DNA of 64,000 bases from Eledone cirrhosa (lineage: Eukaryota), in the NCBI GenBank assembly GCA_964016885.1, contig OZ024742.1:123318001-123382000 (forward strand), read 5' to 3'. Shown piece after piece: positions 57,101-64,000 of the stretch (position 1 is its first letter; every line of letters begins with the position of its first letter). Under the pieces are notes generated by a model. It saw only the letters and a program-made list of their open reading frames with translations. It had not been told where the DNA came from and did not search any database. Made by a program: the position numbers and the translations under genes.

Positions 57101-60100
57101 TCAATTTTCTTAATTACTTAGTCTGATTAAGTACCATTACCCATGCTTTTATAGGTCTCCTCAGACTACTGAAATAAATAAATTTGGCGATGAACTTGAA
57201 CTTCAGCCGGGTAAACAAACATTACTGTGAATAATTTTCCTACGAATTGTATTTCTGGAATTGAAGGGTTGGGAGTATTATTATTAATTGCTAAATCAGG
57301 AGAACGGTGGACTGGGAGTATCGGTAGAGCAACGGATTATGCTTTGCAGCACAGGGCTATATCCCTTTACGTTACTAGTTCAAATTCTACCGAGGTGAGC
57401 TTTACCTTTCATTCTTACGGGGTCGATAAAATGAAGTATCAGTAACGCACTGGGTTCCATCTAATCGACTTTCCTCTCCAACCAAAATTTGATGGCTTTG
57501 TGCCTCAATCAGAAACCAAACAGAGGAAGGAGTGCAAATAGGCCAGTTGGCATTGGCCTAAAATGTTCAAGAATAATTACGTCCTTGGAACTGTCGTCTA
57601 TTATTCTGATCCATTGTGTGTAAGTCCATTATGTACAATATGTCGACATGTATATATACACATAGATTACATTATGTAAACTATATCTACGGTTATATAC
57701 CCGTAGACCATACGTAATTCCTATGCATTCAGCACTTACTACTAAAATACTTAATGAACACATTGAAATGAAGCCTATATTTCACATCTAGCCTGGGCTT
57801 TGCATGGGCTTAGATAGACATAGCAAGAATGATGATAGTAAGGTCTTTATTGGTTGAGTTTTAATCAGGATTTCACACAACTTTCACATTGAAAAAATCA
57901 AACATTTGTCTTAACAGGTGAAAGAGATAACGTTGTATTGTTAGTGAGTGCAAGATTGCTAATGAGTTAAGACGTGTGTGTTTGTACGGTAGCTGTACCA
58001 TTGTATATATTAGAACAGAGTCCATGCTTTATTAAGTGACATAATATCACCCAGGGCAACCTTTGCGCTCCAACAAACTGTCTGAAAATAGTTTGCAACA
58101 CAAGTGCCGCCCCTATAAAAAGTGTCACCCGGGATAGACCACCCAAGCTACGTGAGTGGCTTTCCTTCACTCTCATGTGAACTACTTGATCTTACTTTGA
58201 AACTCGGGGATACGCTACGATATTTAACATAATATGAAGCAGCGGTTGAATACAGCACAGAGACTTATATTCTTAGATCAATTTGTCAGGCCGTATATCG
58301 GACAATCGAAACAGACAGATAGATAGATAGGAAGAAGCCAGAGAAACTAACCCCCGTTACTGGTTTCGTACTTTATTTATCGCCCTCGAAAGTATGAAAA
58401 GAAAGTTAATGTCGCTGGCATTTAAACTTAGAGCGCAGAGAGCTGAAGCGAATAACGCAAGGCATTCCATTCTATCCGACGCTCTAACGATTCTGCCAAT
58501 TGGCCACTTTGTAAGACCAATTAACCTGAACATTTCTTCCGACACATCGATTGTATTTTAATTCAATATTAATGTAGAACTGGAAGATAATTTCTGGTAC
58601 GTTAAGGAGATGATAATAATTATATTCATCTGTTGAGGTCACTTGTTTTCAGTTACATTGAAAATGCTTTTGAGGAGGACATGAACGTTGCACGTTTTTT
58701 TTCCTCGTCTAAAATATAACGCAATAGTAAGTAAGACACCTCTATGCAGTGCTGCGTGAAAATTCGTTCAAAGAAATTCGGCCTTTAGAGTTATCGTAAG
58801 TTGCAAAGAGGAAATTGTCAGAGTGCCAGTGAATTCGTGTGTAGTGGAGCACTACCTTATCCAACGTTCATTTGAATGACATCCACATTAGAGAACTGAC
58901 TTGGCAACAAATATAGGAATCACCATAAGTATAACATCATTAAGAACATACACCTATTTAATAACGAATGCGAATTCCGATTCAAATTGTTCTGTTTCTT
59001 TTCCTTCCCTTCGGTGTGTAATTTCAAATTTCTATCAAGCTAATTCAGTTTCATAATAGCATTCGGAGTTCAAACCTGCTTCTTGTCACATGAGATCTGG
59101 CGACAAAGATAACCAAGAATCTTTCTACGAAATGCAAACTCATCATAGGTTAGCTAATCTCAATGGCAACAAGCTTGAAAAGAAAGCAGTCGGTCAAGTC
59201 CCGGTGTTTGTCTATCTTCCTCGCCTCCACGTTAAGCTCGAAAATGCTCGGGTTTGTGGCCACAATGACATGGTTGAATGTGGAGAATGTGTCGCAGTAT
59301 GTTGAAATGTGTTACACATTGTTTGTTAAATATTGTAGTGATTCTCTTGAGTTTCAAAATAATAGCAAGTAGTTTACATTAAAATGAAAGAAATAAAGAG
59401 GAAGAAAACAGTTTCTACTTCCAAAATGGTTCAATTCTACGAGAAGTTTCCTAACATTCTCGTTTGTTCATGCAAGTCCATGTGAAATCATTCTTCATTT
59501 TCAATAGTAACAACCAGCTTAGATCACAGTGTTGTTGTCCATTACAAAAGTATTGTACGAACATCATTTACTAACAAGAACCTACTCTAGCGGAAATTCA
59601 ATCTCAAAATCTCTAACAACATACTCACAACACATTCACAACTCCGCCGCTGACTGTCTCGTGATAGTAGTAATATACGTTAACTGAAACTCTTGGTAAT
59701 AAATAGCTTCAAAAGTATAATGAAATGGGGAGGATTTCAAGTATGTTACATTATTGATATATCTATGAGGTTACGTGAACGTATAAATAACATTTCTCGT
59801 TGGAGTTTGATACCTGCGAGTTTAGATCCTATCTGACAATCTTAATTTCTTTCTTCTTTTCTTTATTCTTTGTGTTATTTTTCTGGGCTATTTTTTTCTT
59901 TTCTTTTTATCGTTGGTCAGAATCTGAAGTGTTTACTTTTCTCCTATAAAATCTCTTCATTTATTCGTCGTTTCTTTGTTGTTGTTATTTTTACTGTTCT
60001 TCTCCTCTTCCGCCTTCATCACTTCCGCCATCGTCTTCTCTATGGATTCATTCTGCTTCTATTACTACTATTACTCCACAGACTTGTTTAAAGAATAAAT

Positions 60101-60452
60101 AACTCATATATGCTTGGTCCTGTATATGAATAAAGCTAATAGAAAGAATATATCAATAAATGCTTAGGTAAGCATAATCGAATCCAAGAAAAAAAAGTCT
60201 CAGGGAAAGAAAGCCACATTAAATCAGTCAATAAATGACTAAGTTAATGTTTGTTTTGGTTTTGGTTTTTACTTTTGGTTGTTTTATTAGATATTGAATA
60301 AAAAGTGATTTTTTAATCACGTATGTATAATGCTATTATATAAACAGTGAGGTATATCACACGCCTGTAAATTTTCTCATGCAGTATGTGTGTGTATGTA
60401 TATATATATGTAGGACACCTCGGTTATTTTCATTTTGTAAAAAAAACCTCAC

Positions 60453-60484
<32 letters not shown>

Positions 60485-60612
60485 TCATTAGTTAAGCAAA
60501 ACAAGACCACAACCTTCACAAGGAAGACATTATTAAAAGATTGTCAACATATTTTAGTTTGATGTAAGGAATGTAGAGAATAATAATAATAATATTAATA
60601 ATAATAATGTCC

Positions 60613-60734
60613 GTTTACAATTGTTTCGCTACTCCATATAATATTTCTGGATCAGATGACTATATATCATAATTGATCTGGTTCAGTTGAAAATAATTAA
60701 CATATTTTAAAAAAACAGAGTGGCTCATCGGAAC
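60613..60734 (-). ncRNA. Type I hammerhead, family O, ~95-nt stem II domain
   Basis: GTT-CCGATGA-GCCACTC...GAGTAGC-GAAA-CAATTG-TA|AAC. Confidence 0.65.
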
Positions 60735-61609
60735 TCAAAGGAATATAAATTAAAATAATGTTACATAATATAATGTTCCATATTGGTTTTTACTATGGTG
60801 TCTTGGTTGCATCAGCTGTCAGCCATAATCAAGCAGTATTCATCTGTCGAGGCTGCATTGTGTGAGATCTGCCTATGGGTAACAAGATGGTATATATGAT
60901 TTCTTCCTCTCCACATTATCAATCTCAATCTCGTCATCGTCAACTTCGAGTTGTTCGCTGTTAATTCAATATGATTATTGTCAACTTAAATATAGTGTTT
61001 ATCACACATCATGGTCAAACAGAGGAACGGAATTTCAAATGAAGTTAGAAGAGTAATTAAACCAAATGATGAAGTTCGTACTATAACTAAAACGTAATTA
61101 TCATCAGTCATTAAAATACTTGGAACTCTTTTAACCATCTTTTGATCTTATATTATTTATACTCCAGTCCTACAAACTGTAGAGTGCTACTTATCCGATA
61201 TTTGCATTGCTTTATTGTGCTACAATAAAACTCACCTCCTACATATATATATATATGACGAAGGAATTGTGGTAAGGTACCAGATGGACCATAACGCACC
61301 AGAGTACTCAATACTTAGGGTAGTAGAGTGGGTAATAGGAAAAAGTATGACCCCCGACAGCTATTTCTGGACTAGAAATAGCCGTCCAAACGGCTTGAGC
61401 TCTGCTGTCGGGGTCATACTTTTTCCCATATATATATATAAAAAAAATAAAAAAAATAAAAAAAAAATATATATTTTCTTATTTTACGTCCTTTATATTA
61501 TTGTTCTGCATTCTCCTGCATTGAACCACCTAGGTACTATGACATAACCTGTGTATTTGCTGGCATGGGCGTGCATCTGTGCGCTTATGTTAGTTGATAT
61601 ATTAAATTA

Positions 61610-61644
<35 letters not shown>

Positions 61645-61942
61645 AGAAACAGGGGTTGTGTAGTTGCTGGATAAGATGTACTTATAAATAAGATGAAAGC
61701 ACGAACGGGAGAAACTTTTCCTTCATCAGTTGTCTGTTGGGGATCATGGATCTACGCATTAAAGACAAGATATCTAACCCCATTGCGTCAATAACTAAAG
61801 GAAGTTATTGGGGGAAATAAGGAGAGAAGGAAAACATATATATAATAGATGGGTAAAGGGAAGAAAAAGGAAAAAACAGCGAAAAAAAATGGGAAACAAC
61901 AAACCAAAGAGGGAAACCCGAAGCACATGTGTGAGCAACTCG

Positions 61943-61989
<47 letters not shown>

Positions 61990-62285
61990 GAGTTACAACA
62001 GGTATATGCACAGGTATTTAAGTGTCGTTGGGTTAATCACCCCCCGAATGTGTTGGTGTCAATAACCGAACGAAACTTTTGTACATGTATACGTGTGACT
62101 GTTGTAACTAATTAAACTTAACTCGTCCTATGGACTGAGTGTTCTAAACCCTTGGATGTTTACATCGAATTTGTACTAGAGTATATACATATATGTGCGT
62201 GTGTATGTTTTGTGTGTAAAAAAAAAACAGAAATAAAGTAAACGTCTCGTACAATGAAGAAATACATTGATATAGTTGGAAAAGG

Positions 62286-62323
62286 GTCTTAACATTTCGG
62301 ACACTAATCTTTCATCAGAAGAT
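62286..62323 (-). ncRNA. Minimal hammerhead, family B (inverted copy)
   Basis: Reverse complement reads ATCTT-CTGATGA-AAGATTAGTGTCC-GAAA-TG-TT|AAGAC. Confidence 0.6.
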
Positions 62324-62418
62324 AGAATGAGAAATAAAAGATGAAATAGAAAAATAGAGACTGAGAAGAGGAAAGAACGGAAAAAATGTTTTTTGATAAA
62401 AAGTAATTATATTTGTAC

Positions 62419-62517
<99 letters not shown>

Positions 62518-62691
62518 TATAAAAACATATTTGATCCATCCTACAATGAAGAGATTTAAATTAATGATGACTTAATCGAGACTGACGGTGATCGATTTGA
62601 CACACACATATTATATATAGAGAGAGACAGATGACTGACTGAATATACACGTTTTTTCTCTCTTTCTATTTCATCATCTTTTTCTTATCCC

Positions 62692-62729
62692 ATCTTCTGA
62701 TGAAGGTCTAGTGTCCGAAACGTTAGGAT
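62692..62729 (+). ncRNA. Minimal hammerhead, family B
   Basis: ATCTT-CTGATGA-AGGTCTAGTGTCC-GAAA-CG-TT|AGGAT. Confidence 0.7.
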
Positions 62730-62808
62730 TATCTTCCTACTATTTCAATCATTAAACAATCATCGTACTGTGTCGCTTGCTATGATACTTCTGTTTAAGT
62801 GTACACAC

Positions 62809-62869
<61 letters not shown>

Positions 62870-64000
62870 ATCCGTACTCGTTTCTCATCTGAGAAAACAA
62901 CAATTCTAACTAATAAAGGATTTGGTTTATGATGACCCATCTAACCCATGTCAGCATGACAAAAAAGTCGTTAAATTATGATAACGAACAGGAGGACATA
63001 TATTACTAAAAAAATATTTATGTTTCGATGATTACTCTCTAGCAACTAACACATTTCTTTCAATATCAGGTAGCAATGACGATGTTGGTAGTGTATATAT
63101 TTTGTATGAATTATTAAATAAATATTTTGGGATGACGTGAATACCTCTGGTTTTGAGGTGTGGTTATTAATAAGGAAAATCCACATGAATTTTAAACATT
63201 AATATGAGTTTCCCATAAGAATAACAAAATTTACACTAGAAGAAGAAGAAGAAGAAGAAGAAGAAATCTCAAATTATATTATGTTGTATGGGTTGGAAAC
63301 ATGAGAATTATTACAATTTGAAATTAAATATCAAAATTTTTAAAAATCAATTTAAAAGAGACATTGATGTGTTTTCTCAGATACACAGCTCAAATTACAC
63401 ATAACATTTATGATAAACAGCCATGTATATATAAGTACGTGTGTGTATGTCTACATGTATGTGGGTGTGTTTACAATTTCTCCCTTCCCTTGCTTTCTGT
63501 CTTCTGCCTCCCTCACCCTCTCTTTTGCCTTTATACAATTTCAATTTAGAACAAAACACATATTTGTAGAAACACATTCTAAATTGCATTCATACCTACA
63601 TACACACAATTTTGACCTTGCTTCTGCCTTGATAAGCATAACTTGAATATTATCACTTGAGCAATATATCGACATAAATCAAATCTGCTAAATAATTCCT
63701 TTGTCTTTTAAGATTCTTTGCATATTTTTATATTAATTTTTTTTTTTCACACCAAAATATTACAAACCAGAAACACACATTCAAATATATATATACAAAT
63801 ATTTCTATATGCACTTATCTGTGCAGAAAAGCAAGTGTATACATATTGCAGCTTCACTGAAATGTAAAAAAAACCTCAGATTTGAATATCATAAATCTAT
63901 ATTTATGTAAACATACTCCCATAGAACCATGAATCATTCACTTTCCTTTTATACACATTTGTATTTCTACATTTAAAAGATATGTACTCAAAATTTAAAG

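Noticed and set aside
61700-61735. Isolated CTGATGA (minus strand; also 61100-61107, 53038, 34539-34545)
   Set aside because: No correctly placed GAAA/UH half, so not called as ribozymes.

Overview
AT-rich, microsatellite-saturated eukaryotic (metazoan) non-genic DNA. The SINE types and (TA)n/(TG)n load suggest a cephalopod such as octopus (inference). I found no supportable host gene; most ORFs in the track are microsatellite artefacts. The window holds a near full-length decayed Penelope-like element (PLE; RT + GIY-YIG, direct and inverted pseudo-LTRs, 24.2-28.5 kb), a ~1.9 kb palindrome carrying two intact copies of a second PLE GIY-YIG endonuclease (35.0-36.9 kb), Tx1/L1-like and Dong/R4-like LINE fragments, and many tRNA-derived SINEs. 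The main unexplained signal is about 25 hammerhead-ribozyme (HHR) motifs, intact or decayed, from roughly 15 unrelated sequence families, found by eye. Most lie in short, non-coding, often fold-back elements embedded in (TA)n runs, and most families have their own palindromic stem III. In several fold-backs the symmetry axis falls inside HHR stem II. All ribozyme calls are manual secondary-structure readings, not covariance-model hits, and element boundaries are approximate.
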